A stretch of DNA of 64,000 nucleotides from Octopus bimaculoides (GCF_001194135.2 NC_068985.1:35785154-35849153); one strand, 5' to 3'; positions 48,481-61,345 are shown, numbered from the stretch's first letter. Notes: generated by a model not told the origin, from the sequence alone. Translations and numbers: made by a program.

Positions 48481-48699
48481 CAAATATTTTTCCAAGAAAA
48501 CAGCACTCCCCTTCAGTAATGATAATAGTAATCATACTAATAATAATAATAAAGCTGGCAAGATTTAAGAAATTCTCAAGTATTGATGGATGGGGTTACC
48601 ACTGTAGTATCAGGAGACTTTCACCAGACTTTGTCTGTAATACCAAAGAGCACTAAAGTAGATGAGTTAATAGCTTGCTTGAAATCATCATAGCACAGG

Positions 48700-49490
48700 A
48701 AAGGAGCAGTGGTAGCTTACTTGATGAGAGACATATAGATGATCTAAAAGAAGACCGATAAAACTAATAGCGACATGACAGATGAACAAAAGGAATCTAC
48801 GACAGAATAAAGGTAAAACTATAGGAGAACGATAGCGACATTATTTGCAACCTTAAAAAGGTTGATCGATGGAAATTGAACCAAGGAACGAAAAATGTCA
48901 ATGAAATTCTGAAATACATCAGAACAAAAAACATCACAGAAACAAATAATTTGATCAAGGCAGCAAGTATTGTTATAACAGAAAATGTGGGTGTCGATGT
49001 CAAGAAAAAGAAACATAATGGGAGTGACAAAAGAAAAGATCCATGGTGGAAAAGAAGAATCCAGGCAGGGTTAGAATGCTCTCGAAGGAAATCTCTGTGT
49101 TAGACCGAAAAGAGAAAGGGGAGCTTAAAAGCGAACAAAAATACAGGGCGTTGAAAAGGAAGTATAATATTGAAAGATAGGGCCTGAAAGTAGTAGTGGA
49201 GGAACTGAAACAGCGCCTCGTTGCAAAGAAAGCAACGATGGTAAGATACGATCAAAGAATGACCGGTTATCACAAAAAATAGGTTATTCAGAGTAGATCA
49301 GAAGAGATACTATAAAGAAATAAATGGAGGATGTACAGATGAAAAGTTGATACCAGATAATATTGAAAGTCAAAGGTTTTGGAGTGATATCTGGAGCAAA
49401 GACAAGGAGCACAAGAAGGATACTGAATGACTGCAAGAACTGAAATAAATAGTAGTCTGTCCAAAACAGGCAGAAATAGTCATTTCTAAT
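48700..49490 (+). mobile_element. RLE-type (R4/Dong-like) non-LTR retrotransposon fragment, pre-RT region
   Basis: IRTKNITETNNLIKAAS, DPWWKRRI, EELKQRLVAK and FWSDIW motifs; clade assignment from recalled family motifs. Confidence 0.7.
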
Positions 49491-50230
49491 GACAGCCCCT
49501 CCGAAGTCAGTGCTTTAGACTGTAGCGAAGCCTAAAATCAAAACCTTATAGTATTAATAACAAGAATCAGACCACATTAAATTTAGGTGACGTTGCAGAA
49601 ATTACCCGTATTATAAAATGTTTTAGTATGTTCTTGAATTTCAGGCGCAAAAAGGGGTTACATAAGCAACAACGGAAGAACGTCAGCGCAGAGAGGTAAG
49701 GAAAGATTTCGGAGAAGATAAATGAACACAGGATTTGTGGCCCCTAAGTGACCTGTGTTTAAAAGAAGTACTTAGTCTTCAGTGAACTTTTCCAAGCACA
49801 TTTCATGGACACAATATCTTCACTCCTCGTTACACAAATAGATAACCAACCAATTCCTAGTGAAAAGCAAAGCAGAGGCGTACGTACGATGCACAGACAC
49901 CAAGCCCTTTAAACAGACAAGTTTCCTTGGTTACTGCTTAAACCTGGGTTAAAAGAACTGCGGCGAGTCCTAGAATTCGATCCCCGTTTTCTTCATCATC
50001 ATGTTAATGCCATTAGTGAACCACAATTGAAACATGCAATTTTCACGTGTACATCCAATTTATCGATGAATTAACTTGCGGGAGATCACGCCACAAAGAA
50101 CAAAAGTGAATGCTCTTGTAGCGAACTCTAGTGAACTTCCTCTCTCTATTATATATACATACATACGAACGTACCTGGTAACAGCTAACCTTTGGGCACT
50201 GTTTTGGATCCCGTTATGTCTACCACTCTG

Positions 50231-50391
50231 ATTGGTTGGTATTGGCGCAATTTGTCTCTTACTCTATCGCACGCCAATACACAACCCAACCAATCTCAGC
50301 CTCCAAATGAATCACGTGAGACAGTCCTCTGTTCGCTCTTATTCCCAGCCGTTTCTCTCCGCTGACGCCACCAAGGCGTGAAATTGTAAGG
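50231..50391 (+). promoter_or_regulatory. Promoter-like island: four CCAAT/ATTGG boxes, E-box TCACGTGA, downstream GTAAGG donor
   Basis: ATTGG at 50231 and 50241, CCAAT at 50274 and 50290, TCACGTGA at 50312-50319, donor-like site at 50386; CpG-retaining. Confidence 0.4.
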
Positions 50392-51169
50392 ATCTTTTGG
50401 AAAATAACTGATGAGAATTAGCAACGTTCTGTCCTGTGTGAGATTTTCCCGTTTGTTCCTTTGCTTCGTTTCTGTTCAAATATTGAAACCACACACGCAC
50501 ACACACACACAAACACACACTCTCAAAAACACGCGCGCGCGCACACACACACACACACGTTCACCACTCAAAGGTGACAGACAATCACTGCTGCTTCCGC
50601 CGATCAGATTACCAGATCATGTGATTTCCTGATTTGTCCTTTTCAATGATAGACATAGCGATAGCTATGATGTGCTTTTTTTTTCTCTTTTGGTAAATAT
50701 TGCAGTATTTGTGTGTTTTAACGCAAATTCCACTTTACGTTGTGTATATTTTACCTTTGGCTACTAATACTGCCTCTTTCGCTCTGTTTTTTTTTTTTTT
50801 TTTTCAAATAAGCGACACTGTTTGATACTGCCTTTCTATGTATATCTCCAATGCGGCAGTTACTGCTGTTTCCAGCCACTTGGTGTCTATCACTGAAATT
50901 GCCAAATTAGGCCGAAATCACATGATCTGGTAGTCTGAATGGCGGAAGTAGCAGTGATTGCCTGCCGCTGATGATAGCTATGATGTGCTTTTATGCACCT
51001 TATAACCATATGAGAGTTTTCTCTCTTGGTAAGTATTGAGTATTTGTGTGTTTTAACTCAACTTCCACTTTAAAGTGGTGAATATTTTATCTTTGGGCAT
51101 TGATACTGTCTCTGTCGCTCTATACATACATACATACGTGTGTTTGTGTGTGCGCGTGTGTATATGTGC

Positions 51170-51810
51170 TTTCAGCCTTTTCTTAAATAAATATATTATC
51201 AATTGGTGCGAGTTTTGTTCTTGTTTACAACACACACTGCCAGCTTTAAATCCATGATAATCTCATACCATGTCGATTCTGCACTTCACATAGTTGGTCC
51301 TTAACGCTTGTTCTTGAGCTGCGCATATAAGTGCTTCGGTCTCTATCTTCAAGTTACTCCTCTTCATCCATAGCCACCGGTCTTCTGTATCTGCCTTGGC
51401 GTTCGTATCTCTTGCAGACTGACGTACATTTTTTTCCTTCCGTGCTGTTTTTTTTGTGTTGTTTTCCACTTTGTTATTCTTTCTTTACATAATTATCAAT
51501 TTTAATGAAACCAGCCTTCTTCACATGTTTCAACAATGGTTCCACGGCATTTTTTACATATCACCCTAAGCTGTTTTCCTCTACTTCGATACAATCCTGG
51601 CAACCAATCAAACTTCTAGCATCTTCTCTTCTGGACAAGTACAGCCTATCGGTGTCACTCTTAGGGTGGAAGGTTCCGTGCACTGTCAACAGTTTTCTTG
51701 TCTTCCTATCCATGTTCATCTGTTCTTTCTTTTGTCATTTTAGGATTCTCTCTCCATACCGAAGTGATGCTTTAACCCATGAATTAACTGCTTGGATTTT
51801 ATTCCATCCG
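51170..51810 (-). mobile_element. RLE-type (R4/Dong-like) non-LTR retrotransposon fragment, post-RT region
   Basis: NKIQAVNSW..LRYG, FHPKSDTDRLYLSR and LKIETEALICAAQEQALRTNYVK motifs. Confidence 0.8.
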
Positions 51811-52411
51811 GTCACTGATCTTGCAACAAGCAAAGTAGCTAGTTGGAAAACTTCTATAAGAGATGAAAGTAGTAACTGTACTGAGAAGTAATGTTTATCG
51901 CCACACCAATATGGCTGTTCGACGTTACTACCGTTTTTAAACTCAGGAAGAACCTCCTCCAGCTGGTTATCGACGCAATCTGCACCCAGCAAACATTACT
52001 TATCAATATAGTTACTACTTTCATCTCATGTAGAAATTTCCTAACTTGCTACTTTGTTTGCTGCAAGATCAGCGACTGATTGTCGCTTGGCTTTCTATAT
52101 ATTGCGAACTGGAGTGAATTCCTGCTATCTCCAGCGGCCGGGTGTTCACCACTGATGATGGGCACAAATAGCCCGAAAACGTTCCGTCTGGTGATCCCGT
52201 CATTACTAGAAGATGGTAGGGGTTCGCTCCCCTACTTGCAATATAAACCAGGTGCAGACTGAATCAATAACCAGCTGGAAGAGGCTTTTCCTGGGGTTAA
52301 AAACGGTAGTAACGTCGTACAGCCATATCGATGTGGCGATAAACATCACTTCTCAGTATAGTTACTGCTTTCATCTCTTATAGAGATTTTTTTTAACTAG
52401 CTACTTTGCTT
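51811..52411. repeat. 350-bp tandem unit (1.2 copies, 51991-52411) preceded by an inverted partial copy (51811-51986)
   Basis: aaacattactt... at 51991 recurs at 52341 (period 350); 51811-51896 is the reverse complement of 51991-52076; 51828-51986 is the reverse complement of 52251-52411. Confidence 0.85.
52139..52199 (+). ncRNA. Type I hammerhead ribozyme-like motif
   Basis: Stem I TCACCA / TGGTGA, core CTGATGA, stem II GGGC / GCCC, GAAA, stem III ACG / CGT, GTC cleavage triplet; one extra A in the GAAA run. Confidence 0.7.
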
Positions 52412-52734
52412 ATATTTGTTTGTTTGTTTGTTTGAGTGTGTATGTGTGTGCGTGCGTGTATGTGTGTGTTTACATACATATGTATATGCATACACACACA
52501 CATACACACAAACATATATGTGTACATATTTATTTATATAGAAGTTTATGTGCATATATATCAGTATACTCGCATGTGTATAGATCTGTGTATATGTGAG
52601 TTTCTATATCTGTATATATGCCTCTAGGTGTGTTTATACGCACATACATACATATATACATACACGCATGCATGCATACATACACGCATGCATACATACA
52701 TACATACATATGTGTGTTTAAAAATTTATATACA

Positions 52735-53248
52735 TACTAGCAAAGCGAAAACTCGTAAAGCAGATCAATAATTCCCCATAGTAGCAATGTTAAAAATTGT
52801 AATTCGTTCCCAGAATAATATTTTACTTATAAAATTTATAATACTCGTAAATAAATGGCAATAAAACAACAGTAGAATGTAAAGAATATTTTATGCAAAG
52901 TAAAAAGAATGTCAATATCATTTATAATAATAAAAAAATTATTATTATAATCGTTTGCTGGATCACTTTCACTCGCACTAGACTCGCGCACATCATCGCT
53001 CGGTGACACGATTGTCGATTCACAAGCACTCGTAGACGGACTTGTAGATTTCTTAAAAAAAAAAACAAGTTTGCTGATAAGCAGCTTTCTTCCGCTCTCT
53101 ATAAATTTCTCGGTAACACGCAGAAGCATTTGTTATGGCAGTAAAAACGTTTGCACTTCGTTCAAAATCTGGATCTTGTGCTTGAAATATAATACTTGTA
53201 AACCTGAGATCTCATAAAGCGGGTCCTCGTAAAGCGAGGTATTACTGT
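52735..53248 (-). mobile_element. Tigger/pogo remnant (TIR joined directly to the transposase C-terminus)
   Basis: Minus-strand start TA-CAGTAATAACCTCGCTTTACG; DPDFERSANV..NASACYREIYRERKK C-terminal motif. Confidence 0.7.
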
Positions 53249-55771
53249 AATTAGTTCCTAGTTGCAGTCAAATCATTTGTGTGCATATGTGGCCAATGCT
53301 AATTTCCTATTAACCCGTGGATTTAAAGGTATATTTCTTTTGCAGTCGAAGACCAATATTCTGTGAGCCACATTCGATTTGTTTCCCATCCTTCAGTGTA
53401 TTGTAATCGGTCTATTCGATTATATCCATCTCATAAATTTAATGCTAATGTAAGAAATTCATGATCATAGAAGCATAGGGAGCTCTGAATCAATTCTAGC
53501 ATCTTACCATCATTTTGTTGCTAAACCTCAAGTTAGCCCAAACAAACTGATTTTTTTAAAATCCAAGGCATTGTAGTCTTGACCGTTCCATCTTTTCCTA
53601 CGAATAAATGATCTATTATCCCTTTCCATTAAAAAAAAAAGTATGACTTGAAAAGATTAGGCTGCTATTTCTAGCAGATGAAGCAACTACTTTAGAGAAA
53701 TTGATGTACCGCTTTTGTTCTCTGGCAATTATTATCTGAAATTCATACTTTAGCCACAGAAATTTCAAGAATTTGATTAAGCCGGAAGTGGTACATTTTC
53801 GGCTGATGTACATTCAAATAATATTATGTTTTACCGTATTTGTGAATCATTGTTTATTCTAATTTAAAATTCTAGTTTATACCTTATTTAAAGTGTCAGT
53901 AAGCCCTGTCTGCTCTAACTATAAACAAAATAGTGGAAGTTCATAAACAAAGGTCAGATAACTCTGTAGATTCTAAATTTCTCCAATTTTGAAGAGCTTT
54001 TGTGTGAAGTAGTTTTGACAGCTATCTATCTCGAATAAAATAATTGAATACTCATTTACGAAAGTTTAATAATGTCTTGTCTTTTACTGCAATTCCATTC
54101 ACATTTTTTAGCGTGCCTTACAAGAATGTTAAATCGACTCCAGTACTTAAACTAGTACTTTCGAACAAATTTAGCACGGGCGATGTTCCCTGTCTATTCT
54201 TATGTGTATGAATAAAGTTTTGTTAATCTTTCGGGAGAATTTGTAAAAATGTAAGACATAACGGCAATAAATTGTAGAAACTAAAGAATTTAACAATGGA
54301 GTATATATTTCGTTCAACTGTGTAAAATAAAAATTGTTTTTAGATATTGCAAAATATCTTATGGAAAGAGTTCGAAATCTAGCTATATATCTTCGAACAA
54401 GAACCGAAAGATCTATAAATATGTTGGCAAAGTTTAGACGTAGAACATTTTTCTTGAGAAACAGAAGCTTCTGACATGACACTTTCATGGACCAACAATA
54501 TAGTCAGAGAGCATGCGCCGAAAGTTTTGTGACGTCATTATAGCCAAGCACTCGTTTCGGGTCTTGAAATGGATGTTCGACAATGTCCTAACTATCATAC
54601 TTGTAGGATAGAACTGAGCGAAGGAGAAGAAAACAAGAAAGTATATGCATAGAACCAGCCTACATAATTTTTCTAAAAATCTAATGGGAAACTACTGCCA
54701 GAGAGGTAAGGTAAGCAGGGTTTAAACTGTAGTAATGGCCCGTCAACCTAACCCTCTTAGGCAACATAGGAAACAGACTTAGGAACGGTTTAAAACCTGC
54801 AAAAATAACCTAAAACTGGAGCCTCGATATAATAAAGTAAAGAGGAGGGAACTGACAGTGAGAGGAAAAGTATATGATGAAATATTAAAACACAAATATA
54901 GATTGGACAAAACTAGAAGAAAATATTTAAAATAAACTATATTTTTCTAGAATAGGAAAAAGTTCAGTGAACTGGTTGTCCGAAATAATAGCTGATCATA
55001 GATGTCTAGCCTGAAGTTTCAATGTAAATAATGTCAATGTATTCAAACACGTGTAGGTGTTTAGTATATTTACTATTGGCCTCTAAGTTGACAAGGAAAG
55101 GAGATAGGTTTTTTTTTGTGGACACAAACAGTGGAATATTGGTGACTGAAAAGTAAATTATCGCGACCGATTTTACTTTTTATTTTTTTAGTTTTCGTTT
55201 ATATATTCTAAGAATTCGGTTTTGAAACATCATTTTCGACCTCAGTTTTAATATATTATCCTTGTCTTCAGTTTGTTGTGTTTTAACACTTCCTCTGATT
55301 CTATAAACTAAACAATACTGAGTAGGTGGAAAGGAAAACATTGAGAATGTAAACTGTTCATACGCAGTGGTGGGAATTGTTACTTTGGAATCCAGAACTA
55401 CAACGACGGCGATAACTCCACCACTACTACTATCAGTTGAGTAACAACAATAATAGATCGAGACGACGGCAAGACGAACTACTAACCAAGCACTAGAATC
55501 ATTTTAATACTGTATTTCATCGTTCTAGATGTTATACCTTTCGTTTAGAACGCTGAACGGGAATACGTAAAGTGGAAACGAAATGAGACTATTTCACTTA
55601 ATTCAAGTCCATGTGTAATGTGTATGTGTACATAAAAACACACAATCCAGTCTACAGAGGAACACAAACAAGCACTGACATATTCCTGGCGTTTATCAAT
55701 TACCATATTTAGGTTTAAGAACGACAAAACATCCTCCAAAATTACTTATACAACTAAAATCACTCAGAAAA

Positions 55772-55929
55772 ATGGGGGACGAGGACAACGAACTGGACGG
55801 GAAATTACTACAACAGTTCAGCTCTATGGGGACGACTGATAAAGAGGTGCTTATTGCCGAATTCCAGAAACTACTGGGTGACCAGTTAAATGCTGCAGGC
55901 TGTGCTTTCTTCCTTGATATGAACAATTG
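55772..55929 (+). CDS. ILRUN: ILRUN / C6orf106 first coding exon (UBA-like N-terminus); gene continues beyond the window
   Basis: Translates to MGDEDNELDGKLLQQFSSMGTTDKEVLIAEFQKLLGDQLNAAGCAFFLDMNNW, closely matching my recollection of the ILRUN start (GTTDKDVLISEFQRLLGFQLNPAGCAFFLDMTNW). AAAATGG start context, gtgagt donor at 55930. Confidence 0.92.
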
Positions 55930-58900
55930 GTGAGTTAGTATTTTGTTACTGATTTATTTCTGTGACATTCCCATTTTTATTTCATACTATAACGACACAC
56001 ATTTTGCAGCCAACCTTTCCTGGCCCTCTCGCCTGCTCAACATACATTGTTGTTGTAAACATTATACTTCTCATGACATTTCAAGCTATCTCAATATGTT
56101 GTTACTGATTACATGTCAAATATTTATATATGATTATACTCTTTTGTAAATATATTAAATGTTATAACCTAAAATATCGCGTTGCTCGTGATTTTGTGTA
56201 GCTAGGCCTCTACGCAACACATTCTCTGCTTCGTTAAAAGACAAGCTTGTTTGACTCGATAAAACCCAATTTAGTGAAAAAATATTCATTTGTTGATACT
56301 TCCTGACCTGCCACTTTAAATACTTGATCACAATCAAGACAAATGATCATTGTTTATTTTCCTTTAAAATGTTAAACCTATACTTATTTATTCGAATCTG
56401 ACTTGTTACCTTTAAACTCTAGTTTTCTGCTGAAATGAAATTTTATGTGGTTTACGTTACCATTAAATAATTGGCTTAAAATGTTTTGTATCTAACAAAT
56501 CTCGTGGTTATTTATTATTAAATTCCTATGTTTATACAATGAAATAAAGTTCTATAATTTTTTTTTGGTCATTTTCGTCACTCTAAAGTTATATTTATCT
56601 AGAGTTATGAATCCTAAATTTTGCATTTAAGCAGTATTTCGTTATCATACAGTTGTTTTCACTATTTTTTTGTTTGTTTTTGTAATTTCATGTACAAACC
56701 ATAATTTCCTGTTTATTTATTAATTATATTTACCTCCATGATTATTATTGATGTTTTATGAAACCATCATGCATGTTGTTTATATCATGATGTTATACAA
56801 ACGACCTAAAATAAGCTTTCGAACTACAAATTAAAATACAAGTAAATGGGTCCCCGTCTTTATAACCATTTTATAGTTAGTTCACTGTAGAGTTTTCTTA
56901 CATCATCTTCCCCAACCTCCGATTCCCATTTTGGTATTCAGTTATTCTATTCTCCTGTATTATTGCTGTCTTAATTTAAATATTGCAATTCTATTTTTAC
57001 TTTGTCTTTTGTTTTCTGTATTTTCCTACTTGAGTAAGTGTATTATTAAAAGCTTCGTTGTGTCCCTCAACATTTATCTGCCCTCCGTTTCGTAGACCAT
57101 AACCATATTCACAATAAATTTCTAAACACTTGAATTAGAAACGATATGTAGAAATGTTTCTAGTTTCAGAAATATAATTTCTTAGCTCTAATGCCCACCT
57201 GAGTGAAGGAGATCCTGCTTTGCGATAAAGTTTTCGTTATACCAGGGAAAAATATGATGAGTAAAGCGTGATGGCTTTTCAGACATTGTTCGTTTAAGCG
57301 TAAAATTCTCAAAATGTAACCAAATCTATTCCATCTTTTTGGAGAAAATAAAGCCCGTTATATAAGTAAACCGATCGACTTTGGCTGTCAAATCACTTGT
57401 TTGTATTATTTATCCTAGATCTTGATCCAGTTGCTTCAGTCGTTTGTGAAAACAATAAAGTACCAGGTATTTGTGTGTATGGAGCACACAAATTCGTACT
57501 TTTGTTCTTATAGTTCACATATAGAATTTTTGAATCTCTTTCAAAGCTTGAACGGTTTGAAAAAATGATTATTGGAAGGTTTTTCTCTTCAATATTGACT
57601 ATTTTTATTTCATTTCACACATTTTAGTCGTGTGGTACTATTCTAAATCATATTTAGATTCAGTTTTTGTGGCAAGGACATAAAGCAATTGGAATTCCTT
57701 AGGATATAACTTTTAAGATTGATTTTATATATATATAAAAGACAGTTATTACAAAAACACATGTAACTTAATGTAGATTCAAGGTGGATGCTAGATTCAA
57801 ATACAGATTATTTCATTGTACAGTTCCCGGGGTATGAAAATGGGAAAACGTTTAATACAGGTTTTACTGAACATCAGAAATGAGTGGAGCTGAGGTTGCT
57901 GCATCAAGTGTGTTTGGATAGGAAAGTTACAGTTTGCATGCTCAGAGATGCAGGAACCATTTTACTAGAGGTCATCATCATTGTGTATCAATGGGTTACA
58001 GTGAATGCTTCTGTGTCTGGTAGATGGCATTGAGATATGTTCAACCCATGCAAATGTGGAAGAGACAAAAATGATGATGGTGATGGCTAATGTGGGACAT
58101 ACTTGTGTCAGTAACTATTCAGAGCTAATATATTTTTGACCTTAAAGAAACTCAACCTTTGGCATGCCACATTGACTGTGCTGGAAATATATGATTGACA
58201 TGACAGGCCATCATCAATTGTAAAGCTCTGATATTTTTAGATTGCAAAAGTTTTAACTTTGTATTCTTCAGAAATAGATTGTGTGTGACAGTGAAATTAT
58301 TAAAGGAAACCACTCTTTCAAATTCCAGTTTTTTTTTAGGGTTGTTATTTCTCTCAAATTTTCAATATAAAACTAGGTAGTGAACTGAATCTGTTGTGCA
58401 GCTTAACACTACCACCTGGCCCTTAGATACCTTTTGCAGAGTCAATTCTGTTGTAAGTTTTCAGGACAGGTCTGAATATTGTGACACTTCACTTTCAACT
58501 ATCACAACCTATGAGTTGTGCTTTCTTCTAGTCTCTGAGGAACTACAAAATATTATGCTTCTCTTTTTTTTGTCTATGATTAAAGCCATTAAATAACAAC
58601 TGTTATCTTATACATTTACTCATTGATCAATAAACATATTTTAAAATGCTATATATAAAAATTCATAGGCTCTTCAAGAAGGAAATAAATAATTTTAAGG
58701 TGTCTTATTTTAAAGTATAAAACTTTCTAAATAAAAAATATATGTACTAATAACATTTAACAGTTATAAATTTGCCTGACCTTAGAATGAAAAGAAACTT
58801 TGAAGTTGAATCAGGATCAGTAAGTTTCATGTTTAGAAGTTTTTGTTACCTCTTTCATCTCATTTGGTAAGATGAGCAACCATATTTAATATTACAGGCT

Positions 58901-60268
58901 TTTAGAAAATTTAAATCCTTCTCAAATGTGTAAGTGCATAGCAATATTATATGGTAGTGAAATATGGGCTGTGAATTTAGTTGCCGGGTCTTCTCAATCA
59001 CAGCGTATCTCCAAAGGTCCCGGTATCCTGTCATTGCCTCTGTGAGGCCCTATGTTCGAAGGTCAAGTTTCACCACCTCATCCCATGTCTTCCTGGGTCT
59101 ACCTCTTCCACAAGTTCCTTCAACAGTTAGGGAGTGGCACTTCCTCACACAGCTGTCTTCATTCAGCGTGTGTGTGTGTGTATGACCAAATGCAAATGTG
59201 TTGAGAGGAAAATTGGTATAAGGTATCAGATGTAGTGTGCAAGAAAGAAAACTGCTGCTATGGTCATATGATGCATATGAATGAAGATAGTTGCATAAAA
59301 GAGTGCTGATCACTAATGTGCATGAAACTCATGCAAGAGGGTGACTCAGGAAGACATGGGATGAAGTAGTAAAGACTGACCCCAGGTCGTTGAATCTGAC
59401 GAAGGAGGTAACAAAAGACTGAGGTCCTAAAAGCATCTCATCAATGTCTATGCCCCAACATCCAATCTGTACCTGATTCTAGAATTCATCTTTATAACAT
59501 CCATCCCTCCATCATTCTTCAAAGTGTGGCACTATTTCCTCAGCTGTTATTATGATATGAGAGCAAAACTGCAAATATTCCACCCCTCTTTGTGTGTTGC
59601 AAGTTATCCCTTGCCTTAGAACCACTTCACATTCCTTCTTCACATTCCAACATCATCTCTTTCAACTTTATTTCCATTGAATGCTCTTTTCTCCTGGACA
59701 CTGTCTCATATCTGCTATCAATGTTTCTCCCTTTCTTTGTCATTATATCCACACTTACTCGTCTCTGACCTCCACCTCAGTCATTGTGCATATCTCCCCC
59801 ACACTTCACATCTCCCTATTTCACATTTATCTATAGTTTTATTTACTGTTGCTCTCCAACCCACTGATTTTTTATGTATGACCACTTATTTCCTTTACCC
59901 TGACCTTACTCCTATTTTCTACCCTTTCTCCTTTTCATGCTGGGGTAGCCACGTATCTCCTCTGTAATAAGACTATTCTTGTTCCTGTATTGTACTTTAG
60001 CCTCTCAACACCTGGCACAAAGTCACCTTCCTCAATACTGCACCCCCACTCTGTTAAGGGGCTCTTGTCTTGCAAGTTACTTCATAACTTTATGATGGAG
60101 GCATCATGAAAAAAGTACTCAGTACAATCTGTAAAGCAGTTGGTATTACTGTCGAAACCTTGTCAAAGCAGACATTAGAGCCTGCTGCTACCCTCTGGCT
60201 TGTCAGATTGTCCAGCCCATGCTACCATGGAAGACAGATGTTAAATGATGATGATGATGATGTACATA

Positions 60269-60922
60269 TGAGGTGCATCCCAAAAGTATCTGACTTTATT
60301 TTTTCTCCACAAAACTAATGCTATGTGGGTAAAATGCTTTAGTTGGGAGGTGATGCCACCCTTCCTGTGCATGCATGAAAATGTTTGCACTGGTAGGCTG
60401 CGTTAGTACCTGGCTGTTTGTCAAGAGTACAGACGTGTAGTGCACATTTATCAGATTTTCATATTCACGAAATGCATCGAGTAGAGATATTGCATCAAGT
60501 TTTGCCAAAAGCTTGGTGATACTGACACTCAAACCGTCCAGAAGATTCAGCAGGCTTTTGGCAATGATGCCATGGGTAGAACTCAGATCAGGGAGTGGTA
60601 CAAACACTTCATACATGGCTCCACAAGCCAAAACGAGTTGCTGGTTGAGGTTTGGCAAATAGTCATGGAAGATCATTATGTAACAATCGAGGAAATTGCT
60701 CATGAAGTGGGAATAAACACAGGATCAGTGCATTCCATTTTAACAGGATTTGTGCATGCAGAGAGTGTTGGCGAAATTCATCCCCGAGGTGCTGGTGGAG
60801 CAGCAGAAGCAACTCCATATGGAAACCACTCAGGACCTGCTGGACTGTGCAAAGGATTTTACCCATGTGGCATTAGTTTTGAAAGGAAAAAGTAAAGTCA
60901 GATACTTTTTGAATGCACCTCC
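60269..60922 (+). mobile_element. Mariner element, internally deleted, ~66-bp TIRs
   Basis: gaggtgcatcccaaaagtatctgacttta... mirrored at about 60855-60921; MGRTQIREWY..TIEEIAHEVGI.TGSVHSILT and AKFIP HTH remnants. Confidence 0.88.
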
Positions 60923-61083
60923 TCTGCTTCATCATTGATTAACATCCATTTTCCATGCTGGCATGGGTTGGATGGTTTGACTGAGGTCTGGAGAGCCAGT
61001 GGCTGCACCAGGCTCCAATTTGGTCTGGCAGATTTCTACAGCTGGATGCCTTCCTAATGCCAACCACTCCGAGAGTGTAGTGG

Positions 61084-61345
61084 GTGCTTTTTACATGCCA
61101 CCAGCACAAGAGCCAATCAGGCAGGCCTGGCAATGATCACATTCAGATGGTGCTTTTTGCATGTCACCGGTACAGGAGCCAGTCAAAGGGTACTGGCATC
61201 AGTCACGATTGGTTGGTGCTTTTTACGTGCCACCGGCACAGGAGCCAATCAGGCAGACTTGGCATTGACCACGTTTGGATGGTGCTTATTACGTGCCATT
61301 GGCATGGGAGCCAATCAGGAGGCACTGGCTCCAGCTATAATATTG
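61084..61345. repeat. Four 66-bp tandem units inside a SINE-like element (60935-61430)
   Basis: gtgcttt(t) unit starts at 61084, 61150, 61216 and 61282. Related elements with fewer units lie near 13500-13730 and 32875-33110. Confidence 0.8.

Noticed and set aside
49925-49995. TTCGATCCCC B-box-like sequence suggesting a tRNA
   Set aside because: I could not fold a cloverleaf or find a matching acceptor stem.
61084-61345. Regular 66-bp repeats considered as a CRISPR-like array
   Set aside because: They are head-to-tail homologous units with no unique spacers, lie inside a eukaryotic SINE-like element, and have no cas genes nearby.
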